Assembly: GCA_951406725.2 (NCBI GenBank)
Contig: OX597814.1
Location: forward strand, 168,888,001-168,952,000
Direction of reading: 5' to 3'
Length of the DNA stretch: 64,000 nt
Origin: Octopus vulgaris
Taxonomy: Eukaryota
The notes under the pieces were generated by a model, which saw only the letters and a program-made list of their open reading frames with translations, did no database searches and was not told where the DNA came from. Positions 40,231-53,430 of the stretch are shown here, piece after piece; the first letter of the stretch is position 1, and the number at the start of each line of letters is the position of its first letter. The position numbers and the translations under genes were made by a program.

Positions 40231-40678
40231 TCGGGGGAATTTGAACTCAGAACGTATCGGCAGACGAAATACCTATTTCTTTATTACCCACAAGGGTCTA
40301 AACACAGAGAGGACAAACAAGGACAGACAAACGGATTAAGTCGATTATATCGACCCCAGTGAGTAACTGGTACTTATTTAATCGACACCGAAAGGATGAA
40401 AGGCAAAGTTGACCTCGGCGGAATTGGAACTCAGAATGTAGTGGCGGACGAAATACCTATTTCTTTACTACCCACAAGGGGCTAAACATAGAGTGGACAA
40501 ACAAGGACAGACAAAGGGATTAAGTCGATTACATCGACCCCAGTGCGTAACTGGCACTTAATTTATCGACCCCGAAAGGATGAAAGGCAACGTCAACCTC
40601 GGCGGAACTTGAACTCAGAGGACGAAATACCACAAAGCATTTCGCCCGGCGTGCTAACGATTCTGCCAGCTCACCGCC
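40231..40678 (-). mobile_element. SINE family B multimer (one head, 184-bp unit about 2.2 times)
   Basis: ACCTATTTCT junction at 40271 and 40455; ACCACCACTACC on both flanks (40219-40230 / 40679-40690). Confidence 0.88.
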
Positions 40679-41409
40679 ACCACCACTACCACCATCGACA
40701 CTACTTTGTCCCTACAGCTACTGATCTCTACGTCTATATCACATCTACTACCAACATCACTGGAAATCACTGTTGCCATCTTCAGTCACAAACACTACTG
40801 TTTAGTGTCCGTACTCTCAACAACATCATTAACCATCATACACCCTGATGAACTACACTACCATCACTAACTACCCCTTTAAGAAAATAAATAAATATCA
40901 GTTGTTAGTAGTACACATACAAAACACTAACGTATACTTTAAACATTTGTTTATTTTATTATGTTATCAAACATGAAAACAAACAAAACCATTAAACAAA
41001 CTGAAAGTAATATAACAAAAACAACTATTATTGGATACTTTTTATGCAATAAATAATTATCATTATTATAATTGTTGAATCAGTCTCATTGTATTTTGTC
41101 TAATCCATGTAGGTATAAATAAGTGGACATTGAAACTTATTATTATATCCATTTTTACTTATCAGAGCTCTTGATTTCACTTGCACTGGTTAACTCTGTA
41201 AAAACAGACAGCAACCTGCTGTCAAAGTTCTCACAGGGTCTCTTTCTTTCAACAACACTTAACAACCAAGTACCAATCTCAGAATCCTCATTGTCCCCAA
41301 TAGAGCAGTATTTTGAAAATGTTCTACCCTTGAGTCAATTCCAGCCCCCCCCCCCCCTCTAAAAATACAATACAGCAATGAGTTGATTTATTTTTTCCTT
41401 TAGGCAAAC

Positions 41410-41450
41410 ATTTCTGATGAAGTGATAATAAATACTGAAACTAGACAGAT
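41410..41450 (+). ncRNA. Minimal hammerhead-like motif with mutated cleavage triplet
   Basis: AUUU-CUGAUGA-AGU(loop)ACU-GAAAC-UA-GAC-AGAU: stem I AUUU/AGAU, 3-bp stem II; GAC where GUC is expected. Confidence 0.35.
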
Positions 41451-42400
41451 CAATCTCTCTTCTCTGTATTTTTCAGTTAGGTTAGAATGTGTTTTACAAC
41501 ATTATATTTCTTCTGTTAATATATATATATATTTTTTTAAAGCTGGTGATTCTTCTGAAGAGAATGTTCTACAACCATGCAACTTGGAGCAGTACTGGAG
41601 TGAATCCTTAGTTTTGAATGAATAAATAAACTATTACAGCTATTGAGTATTTTCCTCCCTCATTGCACCCCTAAATACATGTGTGTGTGTGGGGGGGAAG
41701 GTCTTTTTGGTCTCACACACCAGGTCTGAATTTTTTGAAAATTCCTATAAATCTGTGTAGTTTCGCACGCTACTTATGAAAATTAATGTTTTGAGATATT
41801 AAAAACTAAAAATGCGATCCATTTTACAACATGCCAAAAGTTGGAATTAAACAACCACTTGCACTTTGATATTTCTTTTTTTCTTTGGAGACAGGTATTT
41901 TTGGAGTGAGCATATTGATTCCAACTTATTGAGATTTGGTAAGTCTGTAAAATCCTTTGAAAATGGAAGATGACACAGTAGAATATTATCCAAGAGAAGG
42001 CAATAACTCTGAGAAGTAGTCTCTATGAGCAAAAATCCCAAGTGAAGATTCCTGTTGATGACAGAAGCACCTAGTAGAAATGCAAGAAACGGGGGTGCAA
42101 TACAGTTGAGTCCATAGAGAAAGGAAATTGGCCTGAAGGTAAGTGTAAGTACTCTTCTATAAATTATTAGGGGAAAGAACTTGCAACTGTCCATTTCTAT
42201 GAGGAGCAGTTAAAAATATGAACCATAATACTGAGCTTGATTATAACAATTATATGAGGGAAATGATGTGTGCAAGGGTACGAGAAACAAAAAAAAAATT
42301 ACTTAGAGAGAGAGAGAGTGTGTGTGTGTGGCGTGTGTGCATGCGTGTCTGTCTGCAAATACCTGTGTTGCTCCTGTGAAATATATACAACTTCATATAC

Positions 42401-42627
42401 TTTACTACCCACAAGGGGCTAAACTCAGAGGGGACAAACAAGAACAGACAAACGGATTAAATCGATTACATCGACCCCAGTGCGTTACTGGTACTTAATT
42501 TATCGACCCCGAGAGGATGAAAGGCAAAGTCGACCTCGGCGGAATTTGAACTCAGAACGTAAAGACAGATGAAATACCGCTAAGCATTTCGCCCGGCCTG
42601 CTAACGTTTCTGCCAGCTCGCCGCCTT
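42401..42627 (-). mobile_element. SINE family B, full length
   Basis: Near identical to 36223-36454; flanks TTCATATAC / TTCACATAC (probable TSD). Confidence 0.9.
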
Positions 42628-43104
42628 CACATACCATTAATGAAACCGTCTAGTGAACTTAGAAAGAAATGATAGTTGGTTTTTGAGGCTGGGGTGGATT
42701 GCAGTAGTGTTGGGAACAAAAAGAGTTGTTCACAGCAGCAATGAGGGAGGAAAAAATATTGCTAGCCAAAGTTGAACACTAAAGTGTTTTAAGAAGATGT
42801 TTACATTAATTATTATCTTGTTAGTCAGTCGAGTGGTGAACAGCACAGCACGCTGTCAAATGTTAACATACCTGGGCACATGCTAAGCAATAGTAAAAGA
42901 TTGCATTCTAAGCTAATTAAGTACCATTTTCTTCTAAATCTGTAATTTTATAAATAAATACTAAAGCTGAGGAAAGGAGGGAGAGAGTGACAGTAGTGCC
43001 TAATTCACAGTTTATAAGTACATATTCTACACACAGACACTCTCTCTCTAATTGAGATTGTATCAGTGCATGTGGTTTCATGATTGCTGTTTGAGTGTGT
43101 GTGA

Positions 43105-43142
<38 letters not shown>

Positions 43143-43189
43143 TAAATAGATAGATAGATAGATAGATAGAGAGGAGGGAACAGACTGAC

Positions 43190-43220
<31 letters not shown>

Positions 43221-43446
43221 TTCACACCACGCTGAAAGAGAGTGAGTGAAACAGTAAACTGCAGTAATATAACATTAAAATTTATGTGAGGTAAATAATA
43301 AATGGCTAATAAGTGCTTTTGAAGTTGATAGCCAGTAGTTTGGGCATTAAATAAAGATAACTGAAGTGAAGAAGACTTCAACGAGGGCAAGATTCTGCTA
43401 CTAATTTCCTATTCTTAGCCAATCACGGAACTGAAAGAGGTGTTGC

Positions 43447-43507
<61 letters not shown>

Positions 43508-44211
43508 ATGGATATAGGCTGCCTAACAGATGGTACACAGATAAGACAAATGAATGACTTAGTGACTAATGCGTGTGTGTGTGCATGTGCAAGGAAAGAC
43601 TAAGGGGTAAAGTAGGTTATCATAATCAAATTACAAAGTTTACTTAGAAGGAAACATGAGTGAGGAAGTAAATAGCCATTAATTATATAAATGAAAAATG
43701 TTAAAAAGATGACGACGACGAACGAAAATGGTCATGGTGACATATTAATGGAGTCATTAATATAAAACATTAATAGTGTCGTTAAAACAAGTTGTAGTTA
43801 TCTTACTAATCAGGATATTCATATCCAATATATGGTGTCATATAGCAAAAAAAAGAAAAGAAAAGAAAAAAAAAGAAAAACACAAGAGATCCTCTATGTG
43901 GTTGCTGTACCTGCTAGAAATAGCAGCCAAATGTCCTCCAAATTATATTCAACGGTCTTTAAATAGGAATGAATGACACGTTTAAAAATATAGTTCTGAA
44001 TTGACTATATAATGGGCAATTGTCATGGTTGGAATATTTTTGCTTATTAATCTATTCACAATTAGGGCTTACCAGGGATAAACAAGAACAATATATGTCA
44101 CACCCAAGAAAGTGACACTCTTTATTGATGTAACATGCCCAATTTGGTATCTCACATTTGTTGTTCATCTTTAAAAAGCCAATATGATATGTCAAAGCAA
44201 CTGACTGGAAG

Positions 44212-45137
44212 GAATGTTTCACTCCAGGGAGTTTTAATAAAAGGTATGTCACAAAACACTATCAGTACTAGTTTTTCTTTGGTGGTTCTTGAGAAAATTT
44301 AAGCTCAATATCTGAAGCTAATGAAACACATTTAACCTTTTAGAATTTAATCTGGCCATATACAGGCCTAATTATCCCACTTGTTTAATGTTACAGGCTG
44401 GCCTCTCACACCTACCCCATAATGTTATTCTAAAAATAAATAACATCATTCAAATTTCAAAGCTAGGATCTTTTCGGTTTGAACGGCAGTTTTTCTAGCG
44501 GTGTCATATGAAATTGTCACCCATAATTATGACCCTAGTACCGATCTATTGCATTTCAATCTGTTTTAGGGTTAGGGTTAGGGGGTGGGGGGAAGGGTAT
44601 CTTTTTTTCTTCACAAATGTAAATAAACCCAATCTGTTTCTTAAACAAGGGACATATTCATACGGCACAGAATGCTTTTTAACTCAATAGACGTCATTGA
44701 TTGGTAGAAATTGAAGAAAAATAACAACAAATATCTTACAAACCATTGAATTTTCTCAATAAAGCCAAGAGAAAAAGATGTTTTATAAACACATTCTACC
44801 AGTATACGAAGTTTAAAATTTTTTAGTTACCTAGAAATTATGTTAAAAACTGCCGTTCAAACCGAAAAGATCCGAATGTTTCACTCCAGGGAGTTTTAAC
44901 AAAAAGTATGAGATGAAACACTATCAGTACTAGTTTTTCTTTGGTGGTTCTTGAGAAAATTTAAGCTCAATATCTGAAGCTAATGAAACACATTTAACCT
45001 TTTAGAATTTAATCTGGCCATATACAGGCCTAATTATCCCACTTGTTAAATGTTACAGTCTGGCCAGATCTTGCCTCTCACACCTACCCCATAATGTCAT
45101 TCTAAAAATAAATAACATCATTCAAATCTCAAAGCTA
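44212..45137 (+). repeat. Direct duplication (44212-44465 and 44874-45137) abutting both MITE ends
   Basis: GAATGTTTCACTCCAGGGAG...CAAAGCTA occurs on both sides, with a few substitutions and one 10-bp indel. Confidence 0.95.
44466..44873. mobile_element. MITE, same family as 37113-37531
   Basis: Same TIRs and colinear interior, including (TTAGGG)3. Confidence 0.92.
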
Positions 45138-46449
45138 TAAGATAATGCATGATTAATTCAAAACACTGTAAATGTATAAGCATTACACTTGAAGAATAAT
45201 TTGAATGTTAAAGTGTTAAGAAGCAACGTTTATATTGTACACACTAATGATTTATATCGCCACATAATATTGCCTATTTATATGTTGACGATGGAAACCA
45301 CTACATGGTCATTTGATCCGCTAGAAATTTAAGCTTACTTTCTAGTAGATCCAACTCTATCATCATAATTAAGAAAAATACCAACCTGATACAATATAGT
45401 CAACTAAGCTATGACCCAGAGAGAGATAATAAGATTATACAAGTCTACATTAATAAACAGTCAACTGCTGTTATCCACAATATTATGTAGAGTACCAAAC
45501 ATAATATTTTCTGAATATATGAGGAGAGGCACTGATAACATAATCTAATAAAAGACAAAATTTGACCTGGATTTTGTGTCTGGTGTGGGTAGGTGGAGGG
45601 TAAAGAATTAAATAAACTAGTAATGTACAGCAGTTGATTCAGTTATCTAAGTCTTTCTTTCTTCTACTATTATATTTGTAGCTATGTGTTAGTGCAAAGA
45701 ATGGACATGGATTGCGTTTGTGTTTAAGTCTTTTTTAAATCAACACAAAAGGCCTAAAAGGAGAGCAACATGCGTCCAAGACATGAACTTATCAGTTATT
45801 TTAAAACAATTTACATAGTAGAAATGCCAATCACATACTAAGGTTGATGGTTTTACTAAACCCGCTCGCAAAAAACAAAACAAACCCTGCTGGCATTGTG
45901 CCCTAAATCAGAAATAATTGCTGCTGCTGCTTGTTTGTTTGTTGAGCGAAGCAGTCTTCGTCCCAGAGTGGGAGAAGTCCGAAACGTGGTCTTTTGTACA
46001 GAGACTTTAATGATTATGCAACCATAAACTATGGAATTGTGATGATAATAACAATGACAACAACACACACAAAGCTACTAAAACCATATTTTGAAATGAG
46101 ATGTTGAAAAGAAAACAGCAAAAATTATTCTCACTATTAAATATTTTTATTTGTTTTTCAGACAAATATTTCCACTAGCAAGGAATAACATATGTTCACA
46201 GATACAGGTGTGTGCGTGTGTGTGTGTGTCAATGAGAATGAACTTATACCAGAACTTCAATCTCTGGTAGCTAAATGGACTGAAACAAAGTAGAATAAAC
46301 AAGATGAATAACCAAGTAGACCAATTTTTTTTATCTGATTTTATTTGTTAATATTTGTGAAGCTAATCTCCTACAGGAAAGAAATGTGTTGATTAATTTT
46401 TTTTTTTTTGACATATTAGTCTGTGGAGTAACAATATTTAGACATAAAT

Positions 46450-46800
46450 ACTAAGATCTTAGCATTTATAATGGCGTTTATATAAATAACCCTTTTAAAC
46501 AAGTCCCAATAAGAAACTATAAATATCATGTGGAGAGTAACAATAATAACTTCTTAAACCTATAATATAACCCTTAGTTTTTAAAAAAAGAATTAGTGTA
46601 AAATATGATTGTTCCATAACTTAAACATTCCTTTAGCTGATACCAGACATCAGTATTTTATTGATATTAGCTAAATAAGTAAATATATAATTTTTAGTCT
46701 AATATATTTTAAATTATTATACTTTTTTAAAAAATCTTCTCTATTGGTGTTAATAAGCTACATATACTTTACCATAGTATTAGTAATTTATGAAATTAAT
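46450..46800 (-). pseudogene. Possible heavily decayed Penelope-like reverse transcriptase fragment
   Basis: Minus-strand peptide islands in RT order: SLLTPI, MEQSYFT, KTKGYIIGL, YINAI (compare SLFTNVP, xYF, QxxGxxMGS, YIDDI); many frameshifts and stops. Confidence 0.25.
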
Positions 46801-49445
46801 CTAATTTTTTTATCTCTATAAATTCATACTTAGCTTATATAAACTATACTGGTATATTCATTACTTATAAAAAAACTGTTTAGATTATAATTTTATTAAT
46901 ATATAATTAGCATGTTCCTTTACCTCAATACTCCTTTATTAATACCAGTATATACCAATTAATCAATATTCACAGATACCATCTGATGCATTAGTATTTA
47001 AGTGTACAATATGTATAAATATTAAACTATTTCAGGATAATTTCTTTTCCTCCCTCTGTTGTTGTAAAAGTTTGGTATATACTCAAAAGTATTCATAAAT
47101 TTCTATCCTTTTGTTATAATATTCTTCTTAATAATCCTCTGAATAACCCTAAACTTTAACTGTATACAATATAGCAACATTGTTTAAAATATTTAACTAT
47201 AGTACTACATGATAAGACTTCCCCTGTTTCATTATCAATGGTCTGCTAGTGGGTGACCCCCTTAATTGTCAGCTAACATCTTGTTTTAAGTTTTCCTTTA
47301 CCAAACCTCATGATACTGCTTCTAATAAATCTTGATTTTTATGACTATACCAACTATGATGTCTCTCTGCTCCCTTAGCCCTACCCCTAACAGATACTGC
47401 CCTCTTTTCTCTCTGCCTTAGATATATAAGGGATTTGATAAACTAGTCTATAAATTAAAACTGAACCCATAAAAACAAAAAAATCAGTGACAGAGTCTGT
47501 AACAATGTATATTTTCTTGAAAACTTAGTAACTTCTATGCTGGAGTGAGACAGCATGTTTTTTTGTCTATCTCCTTAACTTAATTCTATGTCTTTGTGCA
47601 GCTGAAGATTGCTCTGCATTTTAAATTGATGTAATGATTGCATTGTTCAATTAAATGGAGTTGCATGAAATGATCGTACTGCATTACCTCTGGATATCTT
47701 CGTTGCTTATTTTGATTATATATATTGTATATATATGTGTGTGTGTGTCTTTGTGTCTCTCCCTTACCATTGTCCTCATGACTTAGTGGTTCAGCAAAAG
47801 AAACTGATGAAGTACTCGGCTTACAAAGAATAAGTACTGGGGTTGATTCCTTTGACTAAAAGACCCTTTAAGGCAGTGCCACAGCATGGCTGCAGTCAAA
47901 TGACTGAATCAAGTAAAAGAATAAAAGAAAGGCATAAAAAAAATCCAACAAGGTGAGAGATCAAGAAGTTCTTTCCAGATGATGCTAAAACCTTCTGACA
48001 CAGAAGAGTGCTTAGTTCCAAGTCTTTTTCAAAACTCAAAACAACATTATTTGAACAGTGGTTTCCTGTAGTTTAGGATTTGGCAACAGCTGCAGCATTA
48101 GATGTCAAGAATTTAAAATAGTATTGAATTTGAAGGAGAAATTTCGTCAGCTACATTCAGCAGGTTGAAGCAACAGCATAGAAATGTTGTTCATTTGCTG
48201 GAGTATTATATGTAATAGAAGCATGTGAAACATTATCAGTGACTTTGAAGTGAACTCTCTGTAAATCACTTAGGCAAGGAACATATCAAATCAGAGTTTA
48301 AAATCATTTAATATGATAGCAACACTTTGATACAGTACGACAACTATTTGAAATGTCAGTAGCTAAATATGCTAACATCATAGAAAGTATCCGCCATATC
48401 TTAAAGTCCACTACACACTGACATTAGGGCTCTTCAAATGTACAAGATCCAGAGTAAAAGAAGAAGAAAGAAGGGAGAAAAAGAAAATAGAAAAGAAATG
48501 AGTAAAAGAATAAAATAATAATACAATATCAGAACAAATTTCTAAAACATCGCTACTAAATACTTAAATATTGGTCTCCTTGGTTTGTTTGAAGAAAGTA
48601 GTTTGAAGAATAACAGATGAGTGAACGGCTGAAGTTAAGCTGAAAATCAATATGAAAACAGCATTCAATCTTGCAATATGTCACTTCAGTAGATTATCAT
48701 TCTATCATAGCTGACTATAAAACCTCTGTGACCAACCATGTATGGCTGAGAGTTTTGAAATAAGAGAGAGAGACTAGAGCAATGCTTTGTATATTACATG
48801 ATTACTGCTCAAAATAAAGGAATGCATATACAAGCTGGCATAGTATCAATATAGCAAAATGTTTCAGATAATGTTTATCACAAGATGAAGCGAGTAGCTC
48901 TACTGTTATACAGAATTAACTATGAAGAGAGGATTGTTTTCTGTTATATCAGAAGAACAAAGCAAGAATGAAATGAGTACATCTTTAGATGAAGGCAAAA
49001 AAAAAATTACCAATTCTTCATGAAAATATTTCTGCATATTGCTTTTTAAAACAAAAACAATAAAGACTAACTACACATCAATCATGGAAACAGAGATGTG
49101 TAGATAATGTAATTTCCCTATTAACCCTGATGGTGCCATGGAGAAATAATAACACTTCTGGTAAGAACCATTCAGCCAGTTAAACATGCACATGCACATA
49201 CAAAGATATGAGGAATAGGGGTGTAAGTCCTGTTGGAATTAGTTCAGATCCTCTTGGTAACATCTGCACTTTACTGATGTTGCTCAAATCTTTTAGGCAT
49301 TTACTTATTTAAGTCTACAGAGCCAGTCACCCATCAATGGATAGTGCAAGAATATTTATTAATCAAACATTTATTGATTTTAGAATAAAGTCTATGTGTG
49401 TTAAAGAAATGAAAAGTTTATCTTTTCAATAGATTTACATACATA

Positions 49446-49660
49446 GGGCAGTGAGATGGCAAAATCGTTAACATGCAATGCAAAATTCTTAGTGACATTT
49501 TTGCCTGTCTTTATGTTCTGAGTTCAGATTCCATCAAAATCAACTTTGCCTTTCATCCAATCAGAGTCACTAAAATAAGTACCAGTTGAGCACTGGGGTT
49601 GATGTAATCAACTTACCCACTCCCTTGAAATTGCTGGCCTTGAGCCAAAATTTGAAACCA
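49446..49660 (+). mobile_element. SINE family B, degenerate short-tail form
   Basis: GGCAGTGAGATGGCAAAATCGTTA...TTCTGAGTTCAGATTCC...TTTGCCTTTCATCC...AAGTACCAG. Confidence 0.8.
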
Positions 49661-50340
49661 ATATATTTTTGTACACAAAAAATATACGCACTCGTGTTTA
49701 TAATGACAACAATAAGCAAGATGATAATGACAATAATGATGATGATGACAATGATGATAACGAGGAGGAGCATATGTCCAAAGTGTTAAAATACTTGAGC
49801 ACACAAAAACATAACCTTGAAATTAATTTAGATAAAGTATCAAAATAACTGCCTGAAAGAAAATTACAATTATAACATTTTGTTTTCTAAATGTATTTCT
49901 TTCAGTTAGGAAAGAAAGCAAGAAATGGGTTCCTTGGGCTTGACCAGAAATACTCAAACATTATTTTGTCTACTGACCCCTTTGATTTCTATTTTTCTCT
50001 ACTGGAACCCCACATTGCTATTTAATGTTTTAAAAAATCCTATTGTATTTTCATAATTAGATATTGTAGGGAATTGTATAAAAATTTGTTCAATTATTTT
50101 TTTTTTTGTACTGAAGAAGTATACGTAGTTTATTGCACATAAATTTTAACAACAAAGTCTAATATGGATCCCCTAAGGGTCATAGACCTCAACTGAGAAC
50201 CACTGTGCTAAGCAAGCAGTGAGGCTTGTTTGCAATCTTCCATAAAAAATATGTCTGGCCAATTGTACTATTCGTGCTTGATGAATTTATTTTTTAAATT
50301 AATCCTGTATTATCTTGTAGCTTAAAGATTTCAATGATGT

Positions 50341-50750
50341 CTTTTACTCTTTAACTTGTTTCAGTCATTTGACTGTGGCCATGCTGGAGCACCGCTTTTG
50401 GTCGAGCAAATCGACCTCAGGACTTATTCTTTGTAAGCCCAGTACTTATTCTATCGGTCTCTTTTGCCGAACTGCTAAGTTACGGGGGACGTAAACACAC
50501 AAGCATCAATTGTCAAGCGATGTTGGGGAGGGCACAAAAACAGACACACAAATATATACACACACACGTACATATATGTATATACACATATATATGACGG
50601 ACTTCTTTCAGTTTCTGTCTACCAAATCCATTCACAAGGCTTTGGTCGGCCTGAGGCTATAGTAGAAGACATTTGCCCAAGGTGCCATGCAGTGGAACTG
50701 AACCCGGAACCATGTGGTTGGTAAGAAAGCTACTTACTACACAGCCACTC
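50341..50750 (-). mobile_element. SINE family A, full length, within a piggyBac-like MITE remnant
   Basis: Reverse complement of the family A sequence; the host MITE ends GCTAAAGGGTTAA at ~50900. Confidence 0.9.
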
Positions 50751-51709
50751 GTATGCTTAATATGTGATAATATATGTGATAATATATTTTTAAAACGGTA
50801 TTGTAAAGTAGGTGTGGGGAGGCAAGTTGTAGCCAGTTTGAACACAAAACAGGTAAAATATTTGGGCTAGGTATGGTCGGTTCAAATGCTAAAGGGTTAA
50901 GGGAGAAAAATGTGAGTTGGCAACAGGAAGAGCGTCTGGCCACACAAAAAATGTTTCAATGGATTTTGTCTGAGCCAGGCAAACACGGTTTAAATGCACG
51001 GTTAAGTGAAACAATGATAATGATGAACCTTCAATTAAAACCAGTTTTATTGTTTTTCATACTCAGTGACACACATCTTACACATTGCTTTATATTTTCA
51101 TTAAAAACACAAAAATCCAAAAATTAAAAAATACAAAAGAGAAAGAAAAAAAAAATGAGGGCAACATGTCAACAGACTGAATTCTAGTTCTATTATTCAC
51201 AAATAAGGTCACAAAAGAGAAAATATATGTCTATGACCACAAAATATATTTCTGAAACAAGATTGTGTAGGATTTTCTTTTTTATTACCAATTCAATTAG
51301 TGATCTGAATAAAGATCATGAAATTATTTTCTTATATTTTTATAACTGAATAAGCAAACTAACTGCCTAAGTCTCACTTGAGCATGCTTACATGCTTCTA
51401 AGTGAGGTCTGAAATGGTGTTTTACTAGTCTAATATAATAGATGTGTAAACTAATTTCTGTGTGTCAGTGTGTCACACTCAGAACCCACTCTTTCACTAT
51501 TCAATGACACTCCTACTATTAGTCATGATGGGGTGAAAGTAATAGTAGGCATAGAGGCATTGAGGGCAGTGACAGAGACAGAGAGAGAGGGAGGGAGAAA
51601 GAAAAAGAGAGGGAGATAAAGAGAGAGAAAGAAATATAAGGAGAGTTGATTTTTATTAAAAGTTATTACTTTTAATAAAAATCACCATCCTCATTATTGT
51701 TGTTGTTGT

Positions 51710-53430
51710 TAAAGTGGTGAACTGGTAGAATCGTTAGCATACGGGGCAAAAATACTTAGTGATATTTCCTTCATCTTTACACGCTCCAAGTTCAAATTAT
51801 GCCAAAGTCAATAATTGCCTTTCATCCTTCTAGGGTCAATAAAATAAAGTACAGTCAAATGCTGGGAGTCAGTGTAACTTAATCCCTTCCTTTGAAAAAT
51901 GGTAGCTTTGTGCCTAAATTACAGACCATAAGGCAGCAGTGAGCTGGGAGAACTGTTAGTGTGTCAGACAAAAAAATTAGCAGCATTTTTCCTGGCTCTT
52001 TTACATTCAGAGCTCAGATCCAAATGAGGTCAACTCATACTTGCTGAGTTAATAAAATATAATACCAGTGAAGAATTAAGATGAGGGAGTACTTTTTTTA
52101 CCCAATGTAATCCCCCACTATAAAATTGCAGACCTTGAGCCAAAATTGCAAACAATGAGCTGGCAGAATTGTTACCATGGTGGATGAAATGCCTAGTGGT
52201 ATTTTGCCTGTCGCAACATTCTGAGTTCAAATTCCGCTGAGGTCAGCTATGCCTTTCATCCTTTCAGGTTCCCCAAAATAAGTACCAGTTGAGAATTGGG
52301 ATTGATGTAATCAATTAGTTCCTTCCCCACAAATTTCAGGCCTTGTGCCTATAGTAGAAATTATTATTATTATTATCATTATTATCAAGACAGAGGATTG
52401 GTAGAATTGTTACAATATTGGACAAGGTGCCATAAGGCATTTTTCTTGGTTCTTTATATCTGAGTTCAAATCCTGCCAAAGTCAAATCTGCCTTTCATTC
52501 TTTCAAGGTCGATAAAGTACCAATCAACTATTGCCCTCCCTGCTATTTCAGGCCCTTGTACCTATGCTAGAAAATTATCATTATTATTAGTAGTGGTATT
52601 AGTGGTATCATTAAGGCAGCAAACTGACAGAATTGTTATCATGCCAGACAAAATGCTTAGTAGCATTTCTTCTGGCCAATATTACGCTCAGAGTTTAAAT
52701 TTCACCAAAGTTGACTTTGCCTTTCATCATTTTGGGTATCAATAAAGTAAGTATCAGTTAAGTACAGTGGGGTTGATGTAATTGACTAGCTCTTTCCCCT
52801 AAAATTTCAGGCTTTGTGCCAATAGAAGGATCATTAGCACACCAGACAAAATGCTGAGCAGCATTTTTGCATCTTTATGTTCTGAGTTCAAATTCTGCTA
52901 TGGTTGTCTTTACCTTTCATCCATTCGGGGTTGACAAAATATGGACTAGTCAAATACTGAGATCGATGTAATCTCCTCCCTTACAATTTCCGGCCTTGTA
53001 CCTCAGGCAGTGGAGTTGGCAGAATTGCTAGCACGCCAGACAAAATGCTTAGCGGCAATTCCTCTGTTGTTACATTCTGAGTTCAAATTCCACCAAGGTC
53101 GACTTTGCCTTTCATCCTTTCCTGGTCAATGTAATTGACTATCCCGCTCCCTAAAATTTGAGCTTGTAGTAGAAAGGAGGAGGAGGAGGATCATCATTAT
53201 TATTATTATTAGGCGGTGAGCTGGCACAATCGTTAGCACACTGGACAAAATGCTATGCAGTATTTCACCCATCGCGACAGTCTGAGTTCAAATTGCACCG
53301 GGCTTGACTTTGCATTTCATCCTTTTCGGGTCAATAAATTAAGTATCAGTGAAACACTGAGGTTGATATAACCGACTAGTCCTCTTCCCCCAAATTTCAG
53401 GCCTTGTGCCTTTAGTAGAAAGGATTATTA
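51710..53430 (+). repeat. Head-to-tail cluster of about 8-9 diverged family B SINEs
   Basis: Recurring (G)AGTTCAAAT...GCCTTTCAT motifs near 51790, 52010, 52225, 52465, 52695, 52885, 53080 and 53285, all on the same strand, several separated by (ATT)n. Confidence 0.85.

Noticed and set aside
40845-40890. CTGATGA hammerhead core
   Set aside because: No stem II or properly placed GAAA/NUH; the same holds at 13437 (minus) and 47804.
41896-42145. Possible + strand exon(s) with GTAAGT donors at ~41938 and ~42139
   Set aside because: Only a 14-codon open stretch, stops downstream, no recognisable homology.
47970-49000. Possible decayed LINE (FPDDAK) or hAT transposase C-terminus
   Set aside because: Isolated short motifs without consistent colinear support.
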